This document shows positions 35,646 to 51,200 of a stretch of DNA of 64,000 nucleotides, in pieces. The translations under genes and the position numbers were made by a program. The notes under the pieces were generated by a model, which saw only the letters and a list, made by a program, of their open reading frames with translations, was not told the origin of the DNA and did not search any database. The stretch spans positions 186,001 through 250,000 of the forward strand of contig JYFJ02000077.1 of the NCBI GenBank assembly GCA_000934665.2, in the 5' to 3' direction. Positions within the stretch are counted from its first letter, which is position 1. Each line of letters begins with the position of its first letter. The stretch is from Catajapyx aquilonaris. Taxonomy: Eukaryota.

Positions 35646-38600
35646 CCAGACTAATTGACGCTTTTGTAATCAACTAGTAAGTGAGCAATAACGCGCAGGG
35701 GCTGACTGATGCACCGGTGCCATTAATCCAAGATGGCTTAGCCGTTATTCATTCCCAGCAGAGTGCTCCCCCGGACGCGATTATACCTTTGATTGCAACT
35801 CGGTGGTTTTGATGCATGGGAGTGTCAGACGCATACATTTAATGCGCGCTTTTAGAGCTAAAATTATTTTTTGCTCATTTCCAGCTTGGAGACTGCAAGG
35901 TTTAAAATATTAGCTCAGTATAGGACATAACCAGGTTATTACAGATTTTAATTATTAACTAATAGTGACTGCACCTTTTGCAGTAGTCTGTACTTGAGAA
36001 GTTACAGTAGTAGGCTACACAGCACTTTAGATAGTGGTTACTTATGGGAACTGCAGTGTGTACAGTGTCCAGTATGCACCAATTAATTTGGTATGATTCA
36101 ATTTAGCCTCCAGTGTTAAATATGTATAAACCTCGGGTCCACAAAATCGAACCTTTATCTCCTGTTTTTCTGTTCCTCCGCTGGAAACAGACAAAATGAG
36201 CTGTAATTTGAAAGCAAATGGAGATAAAAAGCCAGTTTAGGCCAGACTTTTACGACAAATCAATGGCGGATTGTTTTCATAAGACTCTCACGCCCCAGTT
36301 GGAACATCAATTTATTTCCATAATGTTATGCCAGAATAACAGGAAATGCAAATGATGGGGCTCGTTTTACTGGAAGTCGAGTGCGCGGCATCGGATTATA
36401 TCTCGGGACTAATACTGTCAAGATGGCTTATGAAGTACAGGCATTTTGCCAAGGGGGCGAGTGTGTCATAGTAGCAAACAAGAGACCTGATTGCATTGTC
36501 ATGGTCTCAGATGCTCCCAGACTTACAACCCTTTGCAACTTTATTATTAGAATGCAAAACGCGTAGTATATATATCCGTATTTATGTTTGATTATTGGGA
36601 AGGTGCAATTCTATATGCCAATCATAAATTCGGATCTGGAGAGCAGAAAATGTAATTTGCGCCGAAAAAGGCTACTTCTGATATTGGAAATCGATAATTT
36701 CTTCACGTACTCGGATATATTTGATGGTAACTAAATCAAGAACTTCGCACTTGCTATGCCATGTGCGGTTGAGAAAACAATACTATGTCGGATGTTAGTC
36801 AATACCGGGATAGTTTACATCGTTAAAATCTGTTTCCAGTGGCAGAAACTGTGAAAATAGCAGGAGTGACGTCACTAGGATCTTTATGGCAGCGATTGTT
36901 CCACTTTCTGAGGGTCAGTTCTCCGGACGATGACATTAGAATGGTGGAGATGACACCCCCAAATGCTTTCGTTACTAAAAATAAACTTCCCAGCTATATA
37001 CGGGAGGTGCGACGTTCACAGTGTCATTGGCGAGATTGTGCCATATCCATTCCGGAAAGAATTCGTCCCTCGAGTCTCATTGCAACTGGCGAATATTTTC
37101 CTCCCCAAAGTGGATATCTGCACTTACTTGAGTGGGCTAATTTGTCGCGAAATTGGTCACACCGCAGTTTGAGATTTTCACTCGCAAAAGTGTAAACCTT
37201 TCTCAAAAAAATTGTGTCATAAATCCGCTAGATCTGGCGAATCACGCTGTCAGCTTAATACCCATGACGTCAATCCAGGGGTGGGAATTGACGATGAGCA
37301 GAGATACCACCATTTAAACACACGCACCTCATTTTGCGTCCAGGAAAATCTCCATGGAAACACCATGGCTCTTTCGCATTAGGTGTCCACTACCTTGGAT
37401 GCAAAATTTGGCAGTATAAAAACCTGACATAATGATTAATTGGCGTGGAAGAATATCGATATATGGATATGTTACACGTGCTGTTTTACACAAATATCGA
37501 CATAGTATACTGCTGTGCTTGCACTATTTCTCTGACATCATGACGCTGTTATACATACGACGCCCACATCAAACTCTGCATAATTATTAATATGTGGTTG
37601 CTGTGGTAACCACTAGAGATGCTAGTCGTTGAAGCGGAAGTTTTTGTCGCTGGAACCTCGGGTAATAGCACTGATTTTGAGGGCATGCCCCTAAAATATG
37701 ACGTCTTGTTTGATCGGAATTCTGCAGGCGAACAGTGTAGCGGGGGAGTAAGCCATTTTCATATTTCGTGCCTGGGATGTAGAAACGGAGCTCTCAGACC
37801 GCGTTATCTTCGTAATGACGACGGTGGTTCGATTGGCAAATGTGACAGAACCACCAGATCCTTTTTGGACACCTTGGTGGTGATGAGCTAATGTGTGAGT
37901 AGAAAAAGTCGATTTCTTGCTATGTAAGTTGCTATTGAATATTCGCGAAGGGTTGTTCGCGAATGATTTTTCAGGTAAGCAGTGTGGCAACATTGTGCTG
38001 CCTTGCCTTGGGAATACCTGGCACATATTGACTGACAGCATATGAACGAGTTCTGACAGCTCTTTCCGTTTTTTGATGTGGTGACGGTCTACTCCTGACA
38101 TGTGAATTGCTAATGGGTGGCAGTTGTATAGGAACAGAGTAAATAGCCGGGAGTACTAGAGATGACTTCCGCTGATGGCGATTGCATTTGGCTGCCAGGT
38201 ATGACCCTTTATGATATTCATGTTCAGTTACAAAATGGGTTACAAAAGGGGGATTGGTAACAAATTCACGAAAAAAATGTCAGTTGCGCATGTGACCTTG
38301 TACCTTCTTGACAATGTTTTAATGCTCAGGGAAATTGAGAGAAACATATAAATTCAGGTATGCTGCAAAAAAATATTTTCAAGAAATTGATTTCCTTTTG
38401 ACATTTGATGCGGTCGAGTTGCTACAGTGTATCCTGAGAGAACATCCTGTTTCCCAGAAGCACTTTTTACGTAAACTCAGCAAGTTGTTAGAAAAATGCC
38501 CGGGCTGCTTAAATTGTGGGTTTTCTTGGCAGTGTCTACCTTTCTGTTGTGAAAGTTACAGTAGCGTCCTGGCTACTCATGAATGCAGAAATCATTGGAG

Positions 38601-41600
38601 CAGATAACCTCACACGTTTAGATAGCATACGACGCAAGAATTGTTCCTTCTCTGGTTATTACTCTGTACAGGAACATATATAATGGGGTATTGATCTAGA
38701 AATTTACAGCGTTATTACAAAACGATGGGAAATAGCTTAATTTCCTACCATTCGAATGCTGCACGTGCTGCGTGCTATATTAATTCTTCTTACAGTACCT
38801 TATATTAATTTATCTGTGAACACTTGTACAGTATACACTCACATGTACAGACACATGCAAACTACTAGACTAGGAATATATCTTATTTTTTTTATTTTCC
38901 TGCACCGGTGTTACAGTGAGGGTATAACCATAACACGAGGATATCATTTTCAGTGTGTTTTGTTGTACTCTCACTTTATTTGTGTCCTGCTCTCCAAATG
39001 CACTCGAATTTGCATTCGAATTGAAATTGTGTATGCGCAAATACATCTCTTTGCAAATCCATTTAAAGGAGTAGCATCTGCGTGCATGAATACTGTATAG
39101 TTCTAAATGCTCGATTGTCCGTGACATTTGCTGCAGTATACAGTGCTCGCGCGTTAATTACTATTGTGTCAACACTCCAGCTATGAAAATTGAAATCATG
39201 CTAGGAGGTCCCTTCTTTTTTATTATACGAGTATGTACAGTAGGCTACCCTCTCTCGATTGATTCTAGGCCCATGACATTACACTAATCAAAAGCGCAAA
39301 ACGCTATTGCCAATTCAAGCACAAGGGAATAATAGGGGCTTTGTCCTCACATTTGCTTTGGTAATGAAAAACCTAGTTACTTTGTAGTGAGATATTTTCA
39401 GAAAGAAACTGGTTTATAGTATAAATGTGGTATGTAATTGTAGATCATTGCTGATGTTACTACCTATATCGGTCCCATAAGTTGAAACTATCAAATTCTT
39501 GGCACTGTCCCACAGATTGATGAAACTGAGGTATATGATAAAACTGTGCCGTGTACCTTGACCAATTTGGCCTAGACTGTGAGAGACAAACCTGAAATGT
39601 TATTCATTGTCTCCAGTGTTGCCAAAGTGAATCCAGTCTCCAAAAGTGCCCAGTAATGTTTGTCTACCCGGCGCAACATTAAAGTGATGAAACTTCCCTC
39701 TTTATCAACCTGATGAGTTGCGCTTCCTCTCCTCGACTAAACATGTATTTAGAGAACTCCCCCGCCCCCCTCCCCCTTCCCCATACACTGCCAAAAGTTC
39801 CCTCGCGGCATTTGAGCCGAATACCTGCCGCGATAAATCAAGTCGCGTGGGAGGGGAGGCAATGGTGGCTCAGGCTTGCCAACCCTACAAAATCCCACCT
39901 GTTGCACTTGGCGGGCTTTTCCTATATACACAAAATCCGGTCTCTACATATTCTGATCAGTATTATATTTTTACAAAAGATGCAAATTTTGTAGGGTTGG
40001 TTCATTTCGAGCCCGATTGTTAGTGAGTTAATTTACGCGCTTTCATCTTGATGGGGGAAATTACGCATTGCGCAAGTGGGAGAAATGGGGGTATAATGAA
40101 CTTGAAACAAGGTAGAAGGCTGAGGAGAAATGTGTGGGTTGTGTTTTTTTTTTTTGGTCGCTTTGTAGCTCTTGAAGGCCTTTCCATCACGCTAATGTGC
40201 TGCAGAGACGCAACTGCGGAAGTGTTTTCCATAATTGGGTCCTCAAGTATCAATTAGGACGATGCTGCGCAACTGTATGTGAAAATAGCGGTACAAAGGT
40301 ACGGTTGGTACGGCTTCCGGACTATTGAGCGTTAATTTTCATGTTAATCTTAATGTTTAACAGCCAACGATTGTATTGATTTCCGATGCAGCTGCGTGTG
40401 CTTTTTGCTTTCCACGTGATGTCATTAATTAAAGGTGACAAAGCCGGAATGTGACGCAAGTGACAAATGCAAGAAGTCAATAATATCAGTTCATACCGAA
40501 TATTCATGTCCACTTGAGCTGTATTGCAGTAGATGGGAGAGTGTAATTATTTTAATAAAGCTAGACCACTAATGGAGCTAATTAGGTGATAAATGATATG
40601 TACATAGGTACAAAGGTTATGGCTGTTTGCTTCTCACATGGTTGCAAGCTTCCGTTCCCACGCAATTAATCAGCCAGTTGCGGACCACACCCGCGTTTAC
40701 GAGCCACTTACCTGGTAACAAGATAACAGATTGTATTTAATAATATTAAACGCGTCGATGTTGAATTAAGGAGCTTTTAGGATGATTCAGCCCGTGACAC
40801 CTGAACATAAAATGAATCTGGTTGCTAAGGAGACTTTGAGAAAAAAATGTATTGATTCTGACCCTTTAATATCGTTAGGGAAGAAAAGTAACGAGATGAG
40901 AGTAGATTCTTCAGGGGATGGCGGATGGAAGCCTAAATAAAACCTCTGCGAGTGATTAGTGCAGTCCGAAATTGAGGATATTGATTTAGGTCCCAGTTTT
41001 CCACCTTTTAGGTCCCGAGTTTGATCCTAGAGTAGGTCATGTGGAACAACTTTCGATGAAAAACTCTCTTTTCTTTGTGTCGTACTCAATATGAGCTCTT
41101 TTTCTTTTCTGATCCGCTTGGTCATTATTACTCTGGGTCGTCGGCAAAGCCAGACCGCTTGTACCCAATGAACCGACAACAACAATGACAGCCGTCATTA
41201 ACTGAACTCGAGTCTAATTTGAACCAAAATAAATCCTCCTCCTATTCAATACAGTCGAAAGAGGAAACGAAAAGAACCTTCATCGGATGGTTGCTTTACA
41301 AGGATGTCTCAGAATAGTTTTCTCGTTACACAATAGTTCTGTTATGTGGCTGTACTTGAGAGAACTACTAAATAAATAACCAGCTGGGGCAGTTATTCCA
41401 CAATGAGGTATCACAAGTCTAGTTTCCTGTCATCCATGAAGTAGGTTTATACTGCATAAAAGTGTGGGTTTCGGATTGGCAATGTGCGCTCCCATGAATA
41501 CAAATTTCCGGATTCGATCACAATCCCTGGATTTTCTTTCTCACTATATTTAGAGACGGGTCTCCTCGACTTTTGTCTCATGTGGAATCTTCGCTTGACT

Positions 41601-44600
41601 ACATCCTCACCTTGGCCGAAGTCAAAAAGACTGTTCCAGACACTAAACTTGCTCGTACATCCTTTCAGGTGAATATCTTCGTCACTTTATAGTGACGTAC
41701 TTGAAAATAAGTTTACCATTGCCACCCATAATTTGTCCTTTGCAATGTTGACTATAATTGAGATGCCTTCTAAGAATATAGCAGCAAAACAAAATTGTAG
41801 TGCTCAATAATGTGCCGTAATAGTTTCCTAATAATGTTTGTGCTGTTAGATCTGATCTAATGCTCTTGTCCAGGATGATTGATGAATATATTTTCGTAAG
41901 CCTTTGGGACGGCCTGTAGTTTAGCGTCAGCCGGCGGACTTTGTGATGTTCCAAAACAACTTAAATCAATAATCCTGTACGTTACTCTCTTCGTTTCTTA
42001 TCAACTTTCTGACCAGATGGTAGTCAACAACATCTCCAATTGCAGCAGCAGGGAAGACATGATGACATAAAACATTGCACACAGTACTACTAGGAGGTTA
42101 AACCGACACAGAGGACATTCAGCGGAATATAACCAGTCCCGCCGAGAAGCCAGATTAATGAACTGTCAGCTAATATTGGTTGTAATCGTTGTAATTAATT
42201 ACAACCTGTACGGGTTTTATGCCCTTTGCCAGAAATCTGCATAGCCTACTGAATATTACGAACTCGTAGCTCAACAAAGAAGAACCTTGTTATCTGTTGG
42301 CTTGCAATAATACTGTAGAAACCTATAAAATGCTTCAATTAAAACTAACATATTTTTATTTAGTTTCTTGAGCCAATGAGACCGAATGAGAAAATTTCAC
42401 TGAATTTGGGCAAGTAAGATGCATTTTTCAGCTTATCCCTGCATACTGTACAATCGATATGATCTCTCCATATTTTGTAAAATATTTACGAATCCTTCCC
42501 AGCGTATACGTAGTCTTATAACTGTACCAATCTCATTATAAGTTTGCTGCAGCTTCGACGTAAACTCATTATATAAAGGTTTCTAAGCGTGACCTACAGT
42601 GAATCTGAGCGAAAATATTTACTGTGACAAGACTGACAACCATCACCTTCTAGAGCAGAGCTTACTATGCCTACATGGAATCCCTAAGTTCACACCTGCT
42701 CAGTGTCGTTAACATCACGTCACCTAATCTCCGACAGTGTCATACACCACGGGTACTGCCCCATTATAACGCCTAACAATTTGCAGTGTCAAATCCAGGT
42801 TCCTTACAGTGAATAGGCTACAACACGCATAAGGAGCAGGATCCTTGATGTCAGATATAAAGGAGATTTGATATTGCGCATGAACCATACAATAATGAAT
42901 GATGTTACAGTTACCAATATTTTACAGTAAAATATGAGTGATTAGCTCCAAATATGTGCCAACAACAATAATCTGGCTGGCTGTTATAAAATTACGGTTA
43001 CAGATGTATGCAGCCTGTTTACAAACAATAAAGATATGGATAGACAAAATAATACCGCAATTGCTTTAAAAATAATTCGTCGTGTGATTATGTCCATTGT
43101 TTCCTAGTTTAACACCCCCAAACTATACGGGACTTTCAATGAGACTTGCCTGTATATAGTTGGGACGAACTGCATAAATTCACTACATACATAGTGACAA
43201 AATCCTATTGGATACTGCACGTTTGCTTTCCACCCCATTGCCCCTCTTGTTCACAGGCACAAATTGCTCCTAGAAATGACCTGGCACAAAAACCACCCCT
43301 TTTATTACCCCTTCGAAATACTATGTGATTGACCCAACAGAGTCCCTCGACGCATTTCCTCGCTCATACATGCCAAAATGACTGGTGAATCAGTCCCTTG
43401 AAATTCATGGCTCTCGATAAATGGTTTTCTAGAGAGGGGATTGGGGAGGTGTTGACGGTGCATAGAGATGAAAGAGGGGGTGGTACGGGGGGGTTGGCCA
43501 GAATTACAGATTATTCATATTAGTCCGGAATGAAGCTGATAATGAAGTGCGAGTGTAGGGAAGAAGAAAAGCGGATTTCCTCTCCACAGTTTCGTTAGGG
43601 ACGAATAGACCACACCTGTTGTTCTCTTACATTATTCACAGGATTTGATTTTAGATTCCGTCACTTTTTTTTCTAGTGGATCCGGTTTTAGGTGACAAAG
43701 AATTCAATTTTGTCCTCGCTTGCCTTGCCGGGCGTTGAATAATGGATTTCTGGATCAGCTGAATTTTCTGGCTGGACTTGGAAGTGTTCTGACATACATG
43801 GCTACCTGAATCATAGATAAGTTAATGTGCCCCCAATCTTTGCCTTGTCGTGACGTACTCCAAGTCCATTTATCTGTGCAAACATGCCTTGATATTGATC
43901 ACAGAGTGGATGAAGATATAGTTAGTTCACTTACCAGGATGAGATTTTTTTTCCTTCGTATCAGTACAATTGTCTCTGCAAACACGACGGACCGAAATGA
44001 GACAAACAGGTGCAAAACAGTCACTTTTGTAATGAGAAAAAAGGGGGTTCGATATTTCGACTTTCTGGGAGCAGCGTAACCCAGGTTAAGGGTTTTATAA
44101 TGGGACTCAAAATGAAAAATGTGCCTTTTCTTCATAAATTATTCGTGAAAGCACTTTAGGACTCATCTGAAACACCTGCAGATGGTCGTTAGGAATAAGC
44201 ACAAAACACTTAACCACTACGAATTTACTTCAATCAACATCTGCCACTTCTAAAATTGGATAGTAATAATAGTCAGTACACTATAAAAACTCAGGCCACA
44301 TTCGAAGGATATTCAGTCGCATTTCTGAAGTTCAGTGGCACTGTTGTGATCGTTCAGACTGTGTATAATTATAGGGCACGTAATAGGCAAGATCAGAGGC
44401 AAGGCGGGTAAGAACCTATACAAATTACGTGCCTTACACATTGTCCTATATTTACACTTCATACCTTCCAACTTTCCACTCTCATGCCCGAGATCTTCTC
44501 GAGCAAATCCAAACCTATAGAAAGCAAGCAGGCTGTGTAACATGGTAATTCATATTGGGCGAGGACCTTCTCCTCTCTCTCTTTATAAGGTTCGGACCTC

Positions 44601-47600
44601 GCTAGTTATGGATGAATATTACGTCCGAGCTACGTCGTCCAGCCAACCGATGCTGCTGGAGAGGCCTTACCTTTTCGCTGTGGGGGAATCAGGTGAGGGA
44701 GGGTATTTATGGGTTGCCTGGGTAACCGTTGATAGAATGGAGAGAGTGTAGGGGGTGGGGGGAGAGCCTTTCTGTCCCCGTCGGTGTGACATTCAGGATT
44801 CATACGCGGCTGTCGAAACATCTGCACCGCTAATTTAAACTTGAGATGTGCCTTCTGATTAGGGTCGAGTCGGATAAAGGGCGTCAAAAAAAATGTATGA
44901 CGGTTGTAGGACGTCACGTTTTCCAGGTGGAGGCGATGTGTAATCGGAGACGTGTTTTATGTCATTTGGTGTTCATTAGTGCTGTATGTGAAGTCCTCTT
45001 TTTTAACAATATTAGAGTGACGGCGCCTCATTATGGGGGCTAAATTTACTGAGGTTTGAATGTGGGAGTGGAGAGGCTGCGTGTGACAAATTAATTGTTG
45101 GTATGGAGTTATATGTCGCTCCCCCCACTGATTACAGGGTGATCCAAACACTGCAGCATGTGCTAGTCATTTTATTGATTAATTTTAAATAATTCTGATA
45201 TTTAATTACATAATGTTGTAATCTTTTGTACAAACAATAATGAGTTGTGTGGTTTTATTTGCAAACTAAGCTGACCCTGATGGTACTGGCTTCCGAGCCA
45301 TCCTGTGCGCATGTATGGCCTCGTTGTTGTTGTTGTGCAGCTGGAACTTGCGGTGTCCTGGACTCCCATTAACATCTGCATTATAGGCAGGAAATTGGTT
45401 TGCTTTACCGATGGATTGCGAGTTATTAATATTTGATAACCTAGTTGGACCAGTCGGCAAAAGGTTATGAGAGAGTCAGCATGACTTGCACCGATACATG
45501 GATATAAATACTTGAAAGACAATTACACAGTGCCACTATGGCAGTAACCCGAATATTAATTATTATTTCATTCTGTTTGCATTTCGGTTGCAATTATGCA
45601 ACAAAACGCTCGGATGTGATATATACAATAACATAATAATTATGTTACACATTTTGCTCTGGCAATACAATATATGCAACAACAAAATAATTAAATGTTC
45701 AATACTTTAAATTGCGATGTCACACTGCCGATGTAATGTAGGAATTTTAAAATCCACCATTGAAAAGAGAGATCTATAATATACCGTACTGCAAATGAAC
45801 TCTTCTTGTGATCTTCCATGAATTGACCTTTTTTTCGACTGACAAAAGACTTGAGCGAATATTTCAAGAACTCTCTGTAATCAAATCCGACGATTCATTT
45901 AGCACGCATAGAAAGCGAAGGAAGTCTAAAAAGGAACCCGGTGTATCTGAAGCAGAAAAAGAAACTGGAAGAGTGTGTTTACTTGCTGCACAGCTTTATG
46001 TCGCAGTTAACTTTTTTTTTGTATTCGTCACGAGTCGAAGGTGTAGAGTAGAATAGCAAGTAGCGGATTGCAATGGATTTACCCAGCAGTGCTGCGAGAA
46101 ATGGCGCCATCTTCCCTTTTTCTGGAAGACGAATGGCAATATCTTAACCAAGCCTGAGGTCAGAATTCCTAACGAACCATTGGCATTTGGGAGGAGTCGC
46201 AAAAGGTCCGGAATTGGTAACCAACCCTCTTTCTCTCCTTCAAATAATGAAAAAAAAAAGCTGTCGAGGAATGACATTCCAACCGACCCCATATTGGATT
46301 CTTTGAAAGTATTAGCGCACTCAAATATTCATTACTAGTAGGTCGCCCTTTGCTGTCTAGATTGCATTTTTCACATATTGTAAATACCGAATTTATTTAT
46401 AAGCAGACACTTGGTTAATTGCTCACACTGCCTTGTTACGCCAATATGCATACCTTCTATATTTTCTCCTTACCTTCCGGATTTAGAAGGTATTTTGCAC
46501 AGAGAAGGTAATTTATAAGGTAAATGGTTAAGACGGCACACAACACATTCGGTGTCCTGAAACCCGAGCAGTGACACGCCTTCTTTGGTGCTAACAACTT
46601 AATCAACCGCTCTGCATCTATAAGTAGGTTATATCCGGAGCTACAAAATGAGTTGCACTGTGATTTGATTACCTCAGGGATTGTTGGTCGGGGGAAGTGG
46701 GAAGTGGGCCCCTTTATTTCTCAGTCCTCCTTTAACTCGTTTGCAACTCATTTGATGTCCCAGAAAACTGGGGGAACTATATTACAATGTTCTTCACCTG
46801 AGGAAAAAAAAATATGGCGACCAACATTCTAGTGGTAATCAATGCATTCGAGTAGGCTAATTTAATTTGGGCCACGGTAGCACGTGTGGAAATGGCGACT
46901 ATCACAATGGGGAGTCTTGATCACATGGCATGAATTCCTGATTTGTGACCCACGGATTGAGGTGATGGCCGGTTTAATTGGGATTAAGACCAGTAATATG
47001 TCTGAGGGTAGGGAAAATTAGGCTAATTTTAGTCCTGGGAGCAAGTTGGACGAGTTGAAGAGCATATGGCGTCTGTGAATGTATAATTTTGGCGGATTTT
47101 AAGCGCATGAGAGGGGAGAGCTCTCTCAAATAATATTTCAGCCTTGTTGCAATTCAAGGACTCTTTTCCATACCAGGCTTGATGTGCTGCAATGTTTCGA
47201 GCCGCACTTACAACTCATTAAGCGGAGGATACAGGTTCAAATAAAAGGACAAAATTGCGTGCTGTGTACCTGTATGTCCTAAAAATAGAATAGGGGGTCC
47301 GGTACTAATGATCTGCACCAAAAGGTCTATTATCACGTGAGTGGTGCGGCAACCCACGTAATGCTGATGGAATTTACAATAAAGATTGTAATGATGATAA
47401 CTATAATTGAAATGTTTTAAAGGCTTACAAAATAATGTTTTCTATGCAGAGTTGAGTCTAATAATGGAATAGAGCAAGCCTGAGGGTGTTAGGATGATTT
47501 TTTAACTCCTCTGAATAATTGAGAGTTCAGGAATATTCCGAGAGAAAATCGAACCTCCCTACAGTGCCGTCGTCGGCTTCCGGCTTGTGTTATTATATTT

Positions 47601-47898
47601 TCATCTTCTATTGTGTGCAGGAGATGGAAGCAGATTTCAAAATCTCCTTCTCATAACTTCATTAATTGGCATGGCTACAACCTTGACTTAAGGGGATTAA
47701 ATCTACAGCACCCTGTAAGTCATGTTAAAATGTTTTTCGGAATATTCTCGTCTGGTGGTATGCAACCGCAGACTGTTACAAGGAGAAATATTTATTAGTT
47801 TTTAATTTTAACATTAATAAAGAGTTAATGATGGCTGTTTAGCGTCAGGATACCATTCGAATATGTTAACATTCCTTTCTTGATTTACATCATAATGT

Positions 47899-48220
47899 TT
47901 TTTTTGTACCCCGGGATTACCGGTTCTATAGGGGGTGGCACACCACCATCAGCTTTCTGGTGTAATTTTTCTTCGCTCTCCGGTGCAAGGAATCAAGGAC
48001 ATACTAGGGTAAAGATAGGAATTTTTGGTGAGGGGACACAGGTGAAGGTGCAATGTCGTTGTGTCGGGCCATGTGCAGTCCCCCAGGAGGTAAGGTTGCC
48101 AGACACCTCCAAGGTGCAGGTCAGAGACCCTCCTGACGCAGGTGAAAGGGAACTCCCTGGCAAGGATCGAACCTGGGACCTTTCACTCAGCAAGCCGAGA
48201 CGTTTCCATCTCGTCCTCAT
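47899..48220 (-). mobile_element. tRNA-derived SINE, copy 2
   Basis: Reverse complement aligns with 13798-14122 throughout (B box GGTTCGATCC, GGGGGACTGCACATG, GATGGTGGT.TGCCACCCCCTATA, A tail); 10-bp TSD ATCATAATGT at 47889-47898 and 48221-48230. Confidence 0.88.
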
Positions 48221-51200
48221 ATCATAATGTGTCATCGAGAGGACAAAAACTTGACAATGTTTTCAGTAATGATGTAATCTGCCTGTCGCTATTTGCCTTG
48301 AACATATCCTGACTAATCATAGCTACCCATGCGACTTCCTTGTGTAAAGGTCAGTCTAATTTACAGGCTGAGGAGGTGACTAGCCGCGGCCTCTCAAAAA
48401 TAAAAGATGAATATTGTATCATACTGTACTGCGCTTTAGGTGCAGGTAATAAACTAGACAACTGGATTCGTCCTAAGTGTCCCGTGAAAAAATCATGAGC
48501 CCTTATTTTCTATAATACAGTATAGCTTCTATCGTCATCAATATATAATACAGCCATTTTTTCACTTAATATGTAAAGCACTTTGGTCTATTGTAATGCA
48601 AAATTACGTCATGACCAAGTTGTACTGTACAGTACCTTGTAATCTGCGTATTAAAATTCCTCTCCCACATCATACTTCTAAAAGCCGCACCTTCTATTCA
48701 CTATTATTAGAAGCTCGACTATACGAAATGTGTAAGAAAATATCAGAAAAAAGTAATTCGAGTAGCTAGATGAAATTTCAGCCTGATCCCGGGCGTGAGA
48801 TCTAAAGAGATGTAATTACGTGCGGTGAACGACTGCTTGCACCATCGATCGGGGGGACCTTGAGCCTGGCATTTTTTACTTGCTAAATAACTTCGTCTCC
48901 ACCCGTAGGTGCGGGGGCCGGTGCTTCCTAAGGGGGTGTCAATGACACATAATGCAATTCGTCACTGCTAATCTGGGTTCATATCGCGTAAAGCACGAAC
49001 CAGGATGGTCAACATGCTAATTGGCAAGGATTTTTTTAAATGGAATATATTATTTTTTTAGTCAGGAATGGTCACGTACTACACCGAAGTAAGCCATGTT
49101 TTTTTATCATTAATCTCGGCTGGCAGTCATCTTTTTAGAGGTCCAAGTTAACGTCGCATTCAACAGTGCGGCGTTACTATCATGTCTCCATATATAGTGC
49201 ACATACAGACTTGTTAATTGGGACATAAAATATTAACGATGTCAATATTGGTTTGGATCCGGAACTGAAGATCACAGCAATTTGTCTAATGGGGTTGTTT
49301 GCGGAAACATCAAAAAATAAATGGTAGTTTCAAAGCGGGTAAAATGGATTTGGGAATGTGATTCGGGGTGTCCCTGGAAAATTGAGCATCGATATGCGTG
49401 GATTTAAATAGTGATCATCCGTTTACATCTAGGCCACATATAGCCATTTGGCTGTAACTGGAAAAATTGGACTTCCGAAATCTCCATAATTCTTTTTTAC
49501 GTCCGTGTTTTTTATGTCGACGTTTTTGTCCATTGTTTATCAGGGCTTCAGAAAAGGAGAACGGAATTTAGAAAGGTTGTCTAAATTTAAACTCGGTGAC
49601 GTCAATTACGCTGTTAAAAATATGGGCTTGAATGGCACGTACAAAGTTAGGCAGCCTATCTGAATTCCCTTTCTATAGGGACATACACGTAGTATGTTAT
49701 GAATTGATCTCAATATAATCTAACAAATTTTAATGCACTAAACCGCTGGCATCTATATCAATCACCTTATTTTGAAACACACTTGTGCAGCATTTTCGGA
49801 TCATATGTCCCATCATCTGCAGGCTGCCCTGAAGCCACTCAGTCAATTATTATTCAGAGTTACTATAATCGAATCTGCCTTGTATAATAATGGAAGAAAG
49901 TGCATCGCTGAGGACAAATTGTTTTAAAGTAACAAGGTTACAAACGATTCGCATGAAGTAATTCGTGGTTTCCACGGACGAACACACTCTTGCAATTTGA
50001 AACTGACTAATAAATAGTGTCAAACATTGGACCTTTTTTTTTGTTATTTTACGGCCCGTAGCCTGTAAAATCGGTTGGGCAACCACGCAATTCTGATTAA
50101 CAGTTGAGCGAAAACCGCTGGGATCAGCTTGACAGGTTGGAAATGTTTTGTGTCTGAAACTGGAGAGAGATGTTCCACAGCCTCGATGCTGGCTTGCTTT
50201 TATTCACTGGGGCTTGTTTCTTTTTCTTCTGCGAAAATAAAGAAAGTCCCTGCTCCAGTGGACAGCGTTACAGATACATACATAATTCAGGAGGGATGGC
50301 AGCTTGTTGCGAGTTTTTCAAAGTGCGGGAGAATTCGCCAACATTTTAACGGATCTGGTTGTTTCCTAGGAGTCGAGAATCAGGTGGGAGTGACCTCTTG
50401 TAGTTAGTGCGAATTTAAGTGTAATTGGAGGAATGCCTTGGATACTTTGGAATATGGTCTTCTTCGATTTCGAGTAGGTCCAAATGCGATGCTTCTGTAA
50501 GATTGCGAAATTGGACGGAGCCTTATCGGTTAGGAAAGTATGCGCATGAAATTTTACTGAGGCTTTTGCAAGCCATTAAATTCTTATGGTTTTAGAGAGG
50601 TTTTAGTAGCATAAGTTGAGTGCCAGCCTGTCAGTCTGAGCTGATCTGATTTGACTCGAAGGAAAGATCTGATCTGATAGTTTGGCATGTTACTCACTTG
50701 CCAGTTTTTTTTAGTAATGTTTGTTACTGTTTCAGTTTTGCACTATTAGTTAACATGCTGATTCCACGTCCCAAAATTGTCAGACAGACCGAAAGGTAAA
50801 TAGTGTTTAGCCTGGTCTGCCGTCATCTAATGGCTATGTATACACAGCAGGCCGCCTATTCAAAAGCAACTTTATTATTTCGTGCAAAAATTACCGCTTC
50901 AGCAAAACGACTGCCCATTTGGAGTGCTCTCTACTCATTCACGCTGGATTGCGTTTATAAATATTTTTTTGTGCTGCAGTACTTTAGGCCTGTGGAGATC
51001 ATTTAATCACAACAGGACAGCTTGCAGTTATTTCCGCTGTTATTTCGCAGAGGCCGGCCGTAAATCTTCATAATTGTCATAAATGGCTGCAACTACGGTC
51101 GTAATAAAGATGGCTTTCATTAGTTAAAGGCTCCAACTGGTGTATGTTGAAAGATTAAACAAACTACGGGGTGTGTGCTGAACTAACTTTTAGGGGGTAA

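Noticed and set aside
45808..46056. Lys/Arg-rich ORF
   Set aside because: No convincing splice sites or homology.
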